From the NCBI GenBank assembly GCA_946499835.1, contig CAMMTJ010000002.1:13292-77291 (forward strand): a DNA stretch of 64,000 nucleotides, given 5' to 3'. This document shows positions 48,195-55,551 of this stretch, one piece after another. The position numbers and the translations under genes are program-made. A model generated the notes under the pieces. That model did not search any database and had not been told where the DNA came from. It was given only the letters and a program-made list of their open reading frames with translations. Each line of letters starts with the position of its first letter. Position 1 is the stretch's first letter. This DNA is from an uncultured Bacillota bacterium. GTDB taxonomy: Bacteria > Bacillota > Clostridia > Christensenellales > UBA1242.

Positions 48195-49646
48195 ATGAAC
48201 TGGTTTACCACACTTATCACTGTCACCGCTTGCATCAACTTTCTTCTGCTGATTATTATGGTTTTCCTCGAAAGAAGAAAATTGCAAACGATTATTGCAT
48301 GGCTGACAGTTTTGACCTTTCTTCCTATCTTCGGCTTCTTGCTTTACATCATATTTGGAAGCGGACTCAGCATCAGAACGAGGCGAATGATAAGGAAGAA
48401 GGCCATTTCTGAAAGCGATATCTTGAAAAATATTGAAAACATTGATTCTCTTGCAAATGCCAAAGTTGAAGGCATTGCAAGAGATGAGATGCCGTCAATA
48501 AATTTATGTATGAAATATAGTTCATATCCATTGCCGGGAAATGATATTCAAATCTATTGCAATGGACTTGAAAAAATGCAAGCACTCAAAGAAGATATCA
48601 TGAATGCAAAACATTCAATCAATCTTGAATACTATATTTTTGACGATGATTTGACTGGGAAAGATTTTATGAATCTTCTATGCCAAAAAGCAAGAGAGGG
48701 TGTTGAAGTCAGACTGATATATGATTCAATTGGCTCTCGAAAAGCACCCAGACGCTTTTTCAATAAGGTGAAAAAAGCAGGGGGACAGGTGGCTGAGTTT
48801 TTTCCACCTTTTATGCATATAAGGCTTATCAACCTCAAACTCAATTATCGCAATCACAGAAAAATTGCTGTGATTGATGGGCGTATCGGCTATACAGGTG
48901 GCATCAATATTCGTGATGACCACATGGGGCTTGACAAAAAACTGAGGCCTTGGCGTGACACCCATATTCGCATTGAGGGAAGTGGGGTGTATGCTCTTCA
49001 AAATATTTTTCTTGATGATTGGCGTTATGCAAAGAAGGAAAATTGCAAGCCTATTGAATATATCGAAAAGGGATATTTTCCTGCTCCTAAGATTTGTGGC
49101 GATGCACTTGTTCAAGTGATTGCTTCTGGGCCAGACAGCAGTGTGCAAAAAATCAAAGAAGCGTATGTAAAACTTATCACAAACGCAAAGAAGAGGGTGT
49201 ATATTCAAACTCCATACTTCATTCCAGATGATGTCTTTTTCTCAGCACTTCGTATTGCTGTTGCCAGCGGTGTTGATGTCAGAATTATGGTGCCAAGAAA
49301 ACCAGACAAGAGGACTGTCTATCTTGCAACTCTTTCATACCTAAAAGAGATGGCAGATATGGGGATACGAGTGTTTCTCTATGATGGATTTTTGCATAGC
49401 AAAACGCTCATGATTGACGACAACAAAGTCTCAATTGGCACTTGCAATATGGACAACAGATCTTTTGGGCTAAACTTTGAAAACACGGCAATTATCTATT
49501 CCACAAAAATAAACGCTCAGCACAGTCAGATCTTTGAAAAAGATATGACAAATTCGCTGGAAGTTGGCAAGGAATATTTTGCTAAAAAAAGGTGGCTTAC
49601 AAAAATTCTTCAAGCAATAATGAGATTGCTCTCAGCATTGTTTTGA
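48195..49646 (+). CDS. cls: Cardiolipin synthase (PLD superfamily, two HKD motifs)
   Basis: Two N-terminal TM spans. HKD motifs 'HRKIAVIDGRIGYTGGINIRD' and 'LHSKTLMIDDNKVSIGTCNMDNRS'. It starts 13 nt after the giant gene's stop. Confidence 0.9.
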   Translation: MNWFTTLITVTACINFLLLIIMVFLERRKLQTIIAWLTVLTFLPIFGFLLYIIFGSGLSIRTRRMIRKKAISESDILKNIENIDSLANAKVEGIARDEMPSINLCMKYSSYPLPGNDIQIYCNGLEKMQALKEDIMNAKHSINLEYYIFDDDLTGKDFMNLLCQKAREGVEVRLIYDSIGSRKAPRRFFNKVKKAGGQVAEFFPPFMHIRLINLKLNYRNHRKIAVIDGRIGYTGGINIRDDHMGLDKKLRPWRDTHIRIEGSGVYALQNIFLDDWRYAKKENCKPIEYIEKGYFPAPKICGDALVQVIASGPDSSVQKIKEAYVKLITNAKKRVYIQTPYFIPDDVFFSALRIAVASGVDVRIMVPRKPDKRTVYLATLSYLKEMADMGIRVFLYDGFLHSKTLMIDDNKVSIGTCNMDNRSFGLNFENTAIIYSTKINAQHSQIFEKDMTNSLEVGKEYFAKKRWLTKILQAIMRLLSALF

Positions 49647-49660
49647 AAAAAACAGTCACA

Positions 49661-49692
49661 AAAAAAACTCTGCTTTTGCAGAGTTTTTTTTT
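49661..49692. terminator. Bidirectional intrinsic terminator
   Basis: Stem ACTCTGC (49667-49673) / GCAGAGT (49678-49684), loop TTTT, flanked by an A-run and a T-run, between convergent genes. Confidence 0.8.
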
Positions 49693-49694
49693 GA

Positions 49695-49946
49695 TTACTT
49701 CTTGTCTGATTTTTCTTCTTTGTCGCATTTGTCGCCTTTGATTGAACTTGCAACGCCAACTGCTGTCAAAACTATGCCAGAAAGCGTTGCAACGATATAT
49801 CCAATGTTGTTGAGTGCAATTGCAAGAAAAGTGCCGTCATATGTGCCTGTGCCAGCCCAGTCAATGCCTTGCAAAATTCCTCCAACAAGCACCATTGCAA
49901 GTCCAACGCTCAAAAGCACGATTGCCGTTGTGATAAGTTTTTTCAT
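49695..49946 (-). CDS. Small membrane protein (83 aa, ~3 TM spans, K/E-rich tail)
   Basis: AAGGAGGGAGGG SD upstream; hydrophobic spans; no known motif. Confidence 0.55.
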   Translation of the reverse strand: MKKLITTAIVLLSVGLAMVLVGGILQGIDWAGTGTYDGTFLAIALNNIGYIVATLSGIVLTAVGVASSIKGDKCDKEEKSDKK

Positions 49947-50050
49947 AATCCCTCCCTCCTTTATAAAGAGTATATAATTTAACAGGAAAAAATGTCAAAT
50001 ATATTTTTGAAAAACTTTTAGAAAAAATCGATTTTACACTTACAATTATA

Positions 50051-50079
50051 TTGCATTTTTTTTTGTGTTATGCTATACT
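50051..50079 (+). promoter_or_regulatory. Promoter, TTGCAT-17-TATACT, upstream of the tRNA region
   Basis: TTGCAT at 50051-50056, a 17-nt spacer, TATACT at 50074-50079. The first downstream element is the truncated tRNA 5' fragment, not the intact tRNA. Confidence 0.6.
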
Positions 50080-50099
50080 ATGTGAGCAAACAAAGGGAA

Positions 50100-50123
50100 A
50101 TTTGCGTCGCTAGCTCAGCTGGA
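50100..50123 (+). pseudogene. tRNA-Arg 5' fragment (acceptor 5' strand plus D-arm; exact 24-nt copy of 50259-50282)
   Basis: ATTTGCGTCGCTAGCTCAGCTGGA is identical to the 4 nt upstream plus the first 20 nt of the intact tRNA. After the D-loop the sequence diverges into a small hairpin, TCACC-TGC-GGTGA. Confidence 0.85.
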
Positions 50124-50262
50124 AATCACCTGCGGTGATGCGACTGCGTCAAACCTTTGCTAGAAAGTGCCTTTCTGCAAAATCTTTTCCTTGTCTAATG
50201 AGCGTAACGCTCTCTCCAGCAGTTGGATTGCAAGAAAAAGAGAAACTGAAATAAAAGTATTT

Positions 50263-50339
50263 GCGTCGCTAGCTCAGCTGGATAGAGCGTTGGTCTACGG
50301 AACCAAAGGTCAGGGGTTCGAATCCCTTGCGACGCACCA
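50263..50339 (+). tRNA. tRNA-Arg (anticodon ACG), CCA encoded
   Basis: Manual cloverleaf. Acceptor GCGTCGC/GCGACGC. D-stem GCTC/GAGC. Anticodon stem TTGGT/ACCAA with loop CTACGGA. Variable loop AGGTC. T-arm AGGGG-TTCGAAT-CCCTT. Discriminator A plus CCA; 77 nt. Confidence 0.92.
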
Positions 50340-50381
50340 AGAGAAATGTCCAAGAAGAGGGTGTTTTTTAATTTAATTAAG

Positions 50382-50396
50382 CCCTGACCTTTGGTT
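50382..50396 (-). repeat. Inverted 15-nt copy of the tRNA-Arg anticodon-stem / variable / T-stem segment
   Basis: CCCTGACCTTTGGTT is the reverse complement of 50301-50315 (AACCAAAGGTCAGGG). Confidence 0.8.
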
Positions 50397-50501
50397 GTTG
50401 GGTTCCCTGAAAATCGTGAGATTTTTAGGGGCGAAGAAATTTTGCTGATAATGCAAGTTTTTTTTCGAAAAAAAACAGCCAGAAGCAATAATTTCGGAGC
50501 A

Positions 50502-50539
50502 GTCAGGGGTTCGAATCCCTTGCGACGCACCAAGAGAAA
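50502..50539 (+). pseudogene. tRNA-Arg 3' fragment (T-arm, acceptor 3' strand, CCA and 7 nt of flank; exact 38-nt copy of 50309-50346)
   Basis: GTCAGGGGTTCGAATCCCTTGCGACGCACCAAGAGAAA occurs identically at both positions. Confidence 0.9.
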
Positions 50540-50761
50540 AAACTGCGCTTCTGTCTTGGATTTGCTCTGCAAATCGCTCGACGGTGGCGCTTGTTTTTTT
50601 CTCTTTCGCGACCAAACGCAACTCTTGTTTCACTTCGAGTTGGTCGCGACTTTGTGCAATGAAGTTTATGCGAAGGAGATTTTTATGGTTGCATCTCATA
50701 AAAATTTTGCTCCAAATTTTTAATAGATTTTTGCAAAAAAGTTTTTTGTTGGTAATTGTAG

Positions 50762-50783
50762 AAAAAAAAGTGCAATCAGCACT
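50762..50783 (-). terminator. Intrinsic terminator after the glycosyltransferase gene
   Basis: Stem AGTGC (50769-50773) / GCACT (50779-50783), with a T-run on the minus strand (the plus-strand A-run at 50762-50769). Confidence 0.55.
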
Positions 50784-50793
50784 CTTATTTTTT

Positions 50794-52023
50794 TTATCTT
50801 TTTGTTGATTTTTTCTTTGAAAATTTTTTCTTTTCTATCTTCTTTTTATTTTCTTCTATCAAATAGTTATACCTGTCAAAGGCTTTTTCAACAACTTCTT
50901 CCCAAGTTAAATAAAGGTCGTCAAAAGCCTTTTGACATACAGTATTATATTTTTCTTCATTGGAAAAAATTTCAACAATTTTGTTTGCATAGTCAAGTTC
51001 GCCATGTTCACTCACATAGCCATTGACTTCTGGCGTAATGGTGTCAGAGGTGGCAGAGCCTTTAAGGAAAAGGGCAGGTGTTTTTTGGCTTGCTGCTTCA
51101 ATTTGAACAAGTGATGAGCAGTCGTAAAGAGATGGAAAGAGAAAGAGGTCTGCAAGTGCATAATGGCAAGCAAGTTCTTCTCTATCTGTTATTTTTCCAG
51201 TAAAGATGACATCCTTTGTCATTTTGAGAGATTTGACCTGTTTTTTGATTAAGTCTTCATCTTGTCCAGTCCCTACAAAAATCATTTTGAAAGGAAAATG
51301 TTTTTCTTTGAGTATCTTCAAACTTCTGACCAAAAATGGCAGATTTTTGAGAATATTGATTCTTCCAACAAACAAAAACACCTTTTCGTCAGGAGAAATA
51401 TTATATTTTTTTCTTAAAGTATCAATCTTTGCATTGTCTGTCACAGGTTGCATATCAGTGCCGTTTAACATAACTATTGGCTTGTTTTTCACCTTGTATT
51501 CTTCATGAAAAATTCGCCCAACTTCGCCATTGACAGCCCAGTTTTCTGTTGTGTTGTTGAATACGCTTCTTATTGATGCCATAAGTATGGACACGATTGG
51601 GCTGAGAAGTGGAGTTTTGACACTTCTTTTGAAATCGCGTTTGAACTGGCTGTGCATTGTTGCCACGCAAGGTATGTGATGCTTTTTTGCATACTCTAGT
51701 CCAATCTTTCCAATAGTGAAAGGTGAATGTATATGCACGATATCAAGTTTGGTGTTTTTCAAAATCTTTTTGAAGTGGCTGTCAAGTTGTGGAAGAGGGA
51801 GGTCATAATCAAGGAAAAACACACGCATGCGTTTGGAACGCACAACTTCATAAGGGAAGGCGTCTTTGTAATGTTTGTCTCGACCTTTTGGCACAAAGAC
51901 GAGGACGTTTGCTTTTTTGCTCAAAAGCCGTGCATAATTGTCCACCACTTGCACTACGCCATCAACAAATGGATAAAAGACATCATTGAAAAAACCAATT
52001 GTCAATTTCTTTTCATTTTCCAT
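50794..52023 (-). CDS. GT4-family glycosyltransferase, likely a diacylglycerol glycosyltransferase (glycolipid synthase)
   Basis: 'LTIGFFNDVFYPFVDGVVQVVDNYARLL' N-terminus, as in GT4 lipid glycosyltransferases. C-terminal 'FPSLYDCSSLVQIEAASQKTPALF' (EX7E-like). Lys-rich tail. GGAGAA SD. Confidence 0.7.
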   Translation of the reverse strand: MENEKKLTIGFFNDVFYPFVDGVVQVVDNYARLLSKKANVLVFVPKGRDKHYKDAFPYEVVRSKRMRVFFLDYDLPLPQLDSHFKKILKNTKLDIVHIHSPFTIGKIGLEYAKKHHIPCVATMHSQFKRDFKRSVKTPLLSPIVSILMASIRSVFNNTTENWAVNGEVGRIFHEEYKVKNKPIVMLNGTDMQPVTDNAKIDTLRKKYNISPDEKVFLFVGRINILKNLPFLVRSLKILKEKHFPFKMIFVGTGQDEDLIKKQVKSLKMTKDVIFTGKITDREELACHYALADLFLFPSLYDCSSLVQIEAASQKTPALFLKGSATSDTITPEVNGYVSEHGELDYANKIVEIFSNEEKYNTVCQKAFDDLYLTWEEVVEKAFDRYNYLIEENKKKIEKKKFSKKKSTKR

Positions 52024-52099
52024 ATTTTCTCCATTTCACCAATCAACAACTTTGTGTGAGGGTGATTTTATATCGTCATAATAATCAAAATATTTTGAC

Positions 52100-52726
52100 T
52101 TAAACGATTTTGTTTTTTGGTTGTCTTGTTGTTTTTTGTTCACTTTTGTTTTTACCATGCTTCAATTCTCCAAAAGAAATTTCGCTTCTCATAATTGCCA
52201 GTGCTCGCATTTGTTCCACCACCACTTTTGAGCGTCTGAAACAAAGAATAGAAACGGCTTCCCACTCAAACACTGTGCCAGCAATTTCTATAAAAAGATT
52301 TATTAAAGATGGCACGGGAGTAAAAGATAACCCAAATGACAACCCAAGCAGTAATATCCCCACCACAATCATCAAACTTGAAACAATGATTTGTTTTTTG
52401 CGTTCTCTTCCACACTCAACAAATTCATTTTCATAATGATTTCTTATTCCAAAAGTTATCTTTGATTGTTCTTCTTTTTCAATTTCTTTTTTCGTGAAAA
52501 TTTTGATGTGCAATCTTGTTTTTGGTGGATACAACTTGACCTTGTTGTCAAGATAATCTGAAAAATCATTGCTTATGACAGCACCATCTTCATCTGACAA
52601 AGGTGATAAAACATCGTTGGTGTCTTTGATTGATACGCTTATCATCATTCTGCCATTTTCATCAGTTTTTGAAGTTTGCCTAAATTTTTCTTTTATTTCT
52701 TGGCGTGCTTGTTTTAATGGTTTCAT
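52100..52726 (-). CDS. Hypothetical membrane protein (208 aa, two central TM spans)
   Basis: The ATG at 52726 follows GGAGAAAGAA. TM spans: 'IIVSSLMIVVGILLLGLSFGL' and 'LINLFIEIAGTVFEWEAVSILCF'. Confidence 0.55.
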   Translation of the reverse strand: MKPLKQARQEIKEKFRQTSKTDENGRMMISVSIKDTNDVLSPLSDEDGAVISNDFSDYLDNKVKLYPPKTRLHIKIFTKKEIEKEEQSKITFGIRNHYENEFVECGRERKKQIIVSSLMIVVGILLLGLSFGLSFTPVPSLINLFIEIAGTVFEWEAVSILCFRRSKVVVEQMRALAIMRSEISFGELKHGKNKSEQKTTRQPKNKIV

Positions 52727-52822
52727 TTCTTTCTCCAAAAACAAGTATAACAAAATTTTTTATAAACAAAAAGCAATATTGACCTATTGCATCAATTTTT
52801 AACTTTTACTTTTTCAAAATTC

Positions 52823-52851
52823 TTTACTAGAAATCTTTTTTGTGGTATAAT
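52823..52851 (+). promoter_or_regulatory. Promoter, TTTACT-17-TATAAT with TGTGG extension
   Basis: TTTACT at 52823-52828; TGTGGTATAAT at 52841-52851. It lies upstream of aspS. Confidence 0.6.
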
Positions 52852-52872
52852 TTGTGAGTAATTGGAGTGACT

Positions 52873-54627
52873 ATGAAACAAAATATTTATCACACACATT
52901 CTTGTGGGGAACTTAGACTTGAAAATGTTGGCGAGCATGTGGTTATCTCTGGCTGGCTTGCCTCAATTCGCAAACTCGGTGGAATTGTCTTTTGCACCGT
53001 CCGCGACAATTATGGCATAACTCAAATTGTTGTGCATGACGAAAAGATGCTTGATGGCATTTGCAAAGAGACGGTTGTGAGAGTTGAAGGCGATGTTGTG
53101 GAGCGTTCTTCAAAAAACGGAAAGATGGCAACAGGCGACATTGAAATAAATGTATCTTCTCTTTCTGTGCTTGGAAAATGCAATCCAATTTTACCTTTTG
53201 AAATCAGTGATGCACCAAACACGAAGGAAGAACTTCGTTTCAAATATCGTTATCTTGACCTAAGAAATCCTCAAACTCATGAGGTGTTGAAGAAAAGAAG
53301 TGAACTTCTTCATTTTATCAGAAACAAAATGCATGACAATGGCTTTGTGGAAGTCCAAACACCTATTCTTGCTTCAAGTTCGCCAGAAGGGGCTAGAGAT
53401 TTTATTGTGCCAACCTTCTTCAACAAAGGTGAATTTTATGCTCTTCCACAAGCACCACAACAATTCAAACAACTGCTTATGGTAAGTGGGTATGAAAAAT
53501 ATTTCCAAATTGCACCATGTTTCCGCAATGAAGCGGCAAGAGCGGACAGAACACCGGGAGAATTTTATCAAGTTGACTTTGAAATGAGTTTTGCAACGCA
53601 AGAGGATATTTTTGAAGTTTGTGAAGATCTTGTGTGCGGAATTTATCAAAATTTCACAAATTATGACATTTCAAAAGCACCTTTTGTGAGAATTCCATAT
53701 AAAGAAGCGATTGAAAAATATTGCTCAGACAAACCAGACCTTCGCAATCCACTTATTGTGCATGACTTAACAGATATTTTCAAAAACACATCTTTCAATG
53801 CTTTCAAAGGAAAATGTGTGAAAGCAATCTCTGCTCATTGTGCTGACAAGCCAAGAAGATATTTTGATGAACTTTCAACCTTTATCGTCTCTTATGAAGG
53901 CAAAGGTGTGGCATATCTTAAATATGAAAATGGCGCGCTTTCAGGCTCTATTGCAAAATTTTTGACTGATGAAGAAAAAGAAAATATTATTGCAAAAACT
54001 GGAATGGGAGAAGGTGATGCGGTCATGATGATTGCAGACGGCAAGTCTATGGCGATCAAACTTGCATCTTTCCTTAGAAACAAACTTGGTCAAGATCTTG
54101 GACTTATCGATGAAAACAAAGTCATTTTCTGTTGGATTGTGGATTTTCCATTCTATGAAATAAACGAAGAGACTGGAAAACTTGACTTCTCACACAACCC
54201 ATTTTCAATGCCACAAGGCGGGCTTGAAAGTTTGAAAAATAAAAATCCTCTTGATATAGTTGCCTTCCAATATGACCTTGTGTGCAATGGCTATGAAATG
54301 CTCTCCGGTGGAGTGCGCAATCATGACCAAGAAACAATGGTCAAAGCGTTTGAACTTGTTGGTTATGACAAGTCAGTTGTTGAAAGCAAGTTTTCAGCAC
54401 TTTTCAATGCATTCTCATATGGCGCTCCTCCTCACGCAGGCGGTGCAATAGGATTTGATAGAATGCTTATGCAAATTTTGGGTTATGATTTGATAAGAGA
54501 AGTTATTGCCTTCCCACTCAACAAAAATGGAAGAGACCTTCTTATGAACACGCCAAGCAAGATAAGTGATGAAACTTTGAAAGATTTGGGCTTACAAGTG
54601 ATAAATTCAGACAAAAAGAAAGACTAA
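52873..54627 (+). CDS. aspS: Aspartate--tRNA ligase
   Basis: N-terminal OB-fold anticodon-binding region ('HSCGELRLENVGEHVVISGWL'), 'LRFKYRYLDLR', class II motifs ('FYQVDFEMSF', 'GGAIGFDRMLM') and a bacterial-type insertion domain. The ATG at 52873 follows GGAG. Confidence 0.93.
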   Translation: MKQNIYHTHSCGELRLENVGEHVVISGWLASIRKLGGIVFCTVRDNYGITQIVVHDEKMLDGICKETVVRVEGDVVERSSKNGKMATGDIEINVSSLSVLGKCNPILPFEISDAPNTKEELRFKYRYLDLRNPQTHEVLKKRSELLHFIRNKMHDNGFVEVQTPILASSSPEGARDFIVPTFFNKGEFYALPQAPQQFKQLLMVSGYEKYFQIAPCFRNEAARADRTPGEFYQVDFEMSFATQEDIFEVCEDLVCGIYQNFTNYDISKAPFVRIPYKEAIEKYCSDKPDLRNPLIVHDLTDIFKNTSFNAFKGKCVKAISAHCADKPRRYFDELSTFIVSYEGKGVAYLKYENGALSGSIAKFLTDEEKENIIAKTGMGEGDAVMMIADGKSMAIKLASFLRNKLGQDLGLIDENKVIFCWIVDFPFYEINEETGKLDFSHNPFSMPQGGLESLKNKNPLDIVAFQYDLVCNGYEMLSGGVRNHDQETMVKAFELVGYDKSVVESKFSALFNAFSYGAPPHAGGAIGFDRMLMQILGYDLIREVIAFPLNKNGRDLLMNTPSKISDETLKDLGLQVINSDKKKD

Positions 54628-54646
54628 AAAAATCTTTCTTTTTTTA
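54616..54646 (+). terminator. Intrinsic terminator after aspS
   Basis: Stem AAGAAAGA (54616-54623) / TCTTTCTT (54633-54640), followed by a T-run. The stop codon lies in the loop. Confidence 0.65.
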
Positions 54647-54711
54647 TGCAACAAAAACATTTTTGAAGATATATTGATAACAGGGGCTTCCCCGATAACG
54701 AAGGAGAAATC

Positions 54712-55506
54712 GTGTCAAACACACTTATCACAGCACTTGGAATAATATTTATCTTCGCAATGACAACGCTTGGTTCAGCATCGGTGTTTTTGTTCAAAAA
54801 AGGGGCAAGCGACAAACTTAACTCTCTCTTTCTAGGCTTATCTTCTGGCGTAATGATCGCAGCATCAGTTTGGTCACTGCTTTTGCCAGCATTATCACAG
54901 GCAGAAGAGGGAGGTTGGGGAGAAATTTCATTTCTTCCAGTTGCAATAGGACTTGTTATTGGAAGTTTGTTTTTGATTTTTATTGAAAAAATTTGTTTTT
55001 TAATTCAAAAAGAAAGGCATAAGGATATTTCTCCGCAATCATTTATGAAAAAGTCAACAAAACTTTTTCTAGCGGTGACTGTGCACAATATTCCAGAAGG
55101 CTTGTCTGTCGGACTTGCTTTTGGCAACGCTTTTGTGACAGGCGGTGAAAACGGTTTTATTCTGGCTCTTGCACTTGCAATAGGCATAGGCGTGCAAAAC
55201 TTGCCAGAAGGTGCTGCGATAAGCCTTCCCATGGCAAAAGGGCTTGGAAGCAAATGGAAGGCGTTTGGCTTTGGAGCACTGAGCGGTGCTGTTGAACCTG
55301 TAATGGCTGTGATTGGCATTTTGCTGTCAACCGTTCTCACTCCTATTATGCCTTGGCTTCTTGCCTTTTCTGCTGGCGCAATGATCTATGTTGTGATAGA
55401 AGAACTCTTGCCAGAAGGCAAAGAAAAAACAAATTCAAAGATAAGCACGTGGGGTTTTATTGCTGGCTTTGTGATAATGATGATTTTGGACGTTGCACTA
55501 GGATAA
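54712..55506 (+). CDS. ZIP-family divalent metal (zinc) transporter
   Basis: GTG start after AAGGAGAA. Multiple TM spans and the ZIP signature 'HNIPEGLSVGLAF'. Confidence 0.8.
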   Translation: MSNTLITALGIIFIFAMTTLGSASVFLFKKGASDKLNSLFLGLSSGVMIAASVWSLLLPALSQAEEGGWGEISFLPVAIGLVIGSLFLIFIEKICFLIQKERHKDISPQSFMKKSTKLFLAVTVHNIPEGLSVGLAFGNAFVTGGENGFILALALAIGIGVQNLPEGAAISLPMAKGLGSKWKAFGFGALSGAVEPVMAVIGILLSTVLTPIMPWLLAFSAGAMIYVVIEELLPEGKEKTNSKISTWGFIAGFVIMMILDVALG

Positions 55507-55511
55507 ATGTC

Positions 55512-55540
55512 TTGCAAATTTTGACAAAAGGTTATATAAT
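55512..55540 (+). promoter_or_regulatory. Promoter, TTGCAA-17-TATAAT
   Basis: TTGCAA at 55512-55517, a 17-nt spacer, TATAAT at 55535-55540, only 11 nt before the ATG at 55552. Confidence 0.6.
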
Positions 55541-55551
55541 CAAAGTGACTT

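Noticed and set aside
37164-50546. Calling the giant gene / cls / small membrane protein block a genomic island bounded by the tRNA-Arg fragments.
   Set aside because: There is no integrase, transposase or other mobility gene. The base composition looks similar to the flanks by eye. The duplicated tRNA 3' end lies on the far side of the tRNA from this block. The only direct repeats enclose about 155 bp.
50167-50723. Four overlapping ORFs of 69-125 aa across the tRNA-Arg gene and its fragments.
   Set aside because: They translate tRNA and repeat sequence. None has a convincing start context apart from the tiny ORF noted separately below.
50685-50723. A 12-codon mini-ORF (MVASHKNFAPNF) with a strong GAAGGAG SD 6 nt upstream.
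   Set aside because: The SD is striking. However, the ORF is too short to evaluate, has no obvious downstream gene on the same strand to regulate, and could arise by chance. It could be revisited with Ribo-seq.
54670-54705. Direct repeat TGATAAC...CGATAAC flanking a GGGGCTTCCCC hairpin upstream of the ZIP transporter, considered as a Zur/metal-regulator operator.
   Set aside because: It does not resemble the Zur-box palindrome I know from Bacillota. It is short and unsupported by any second feature.
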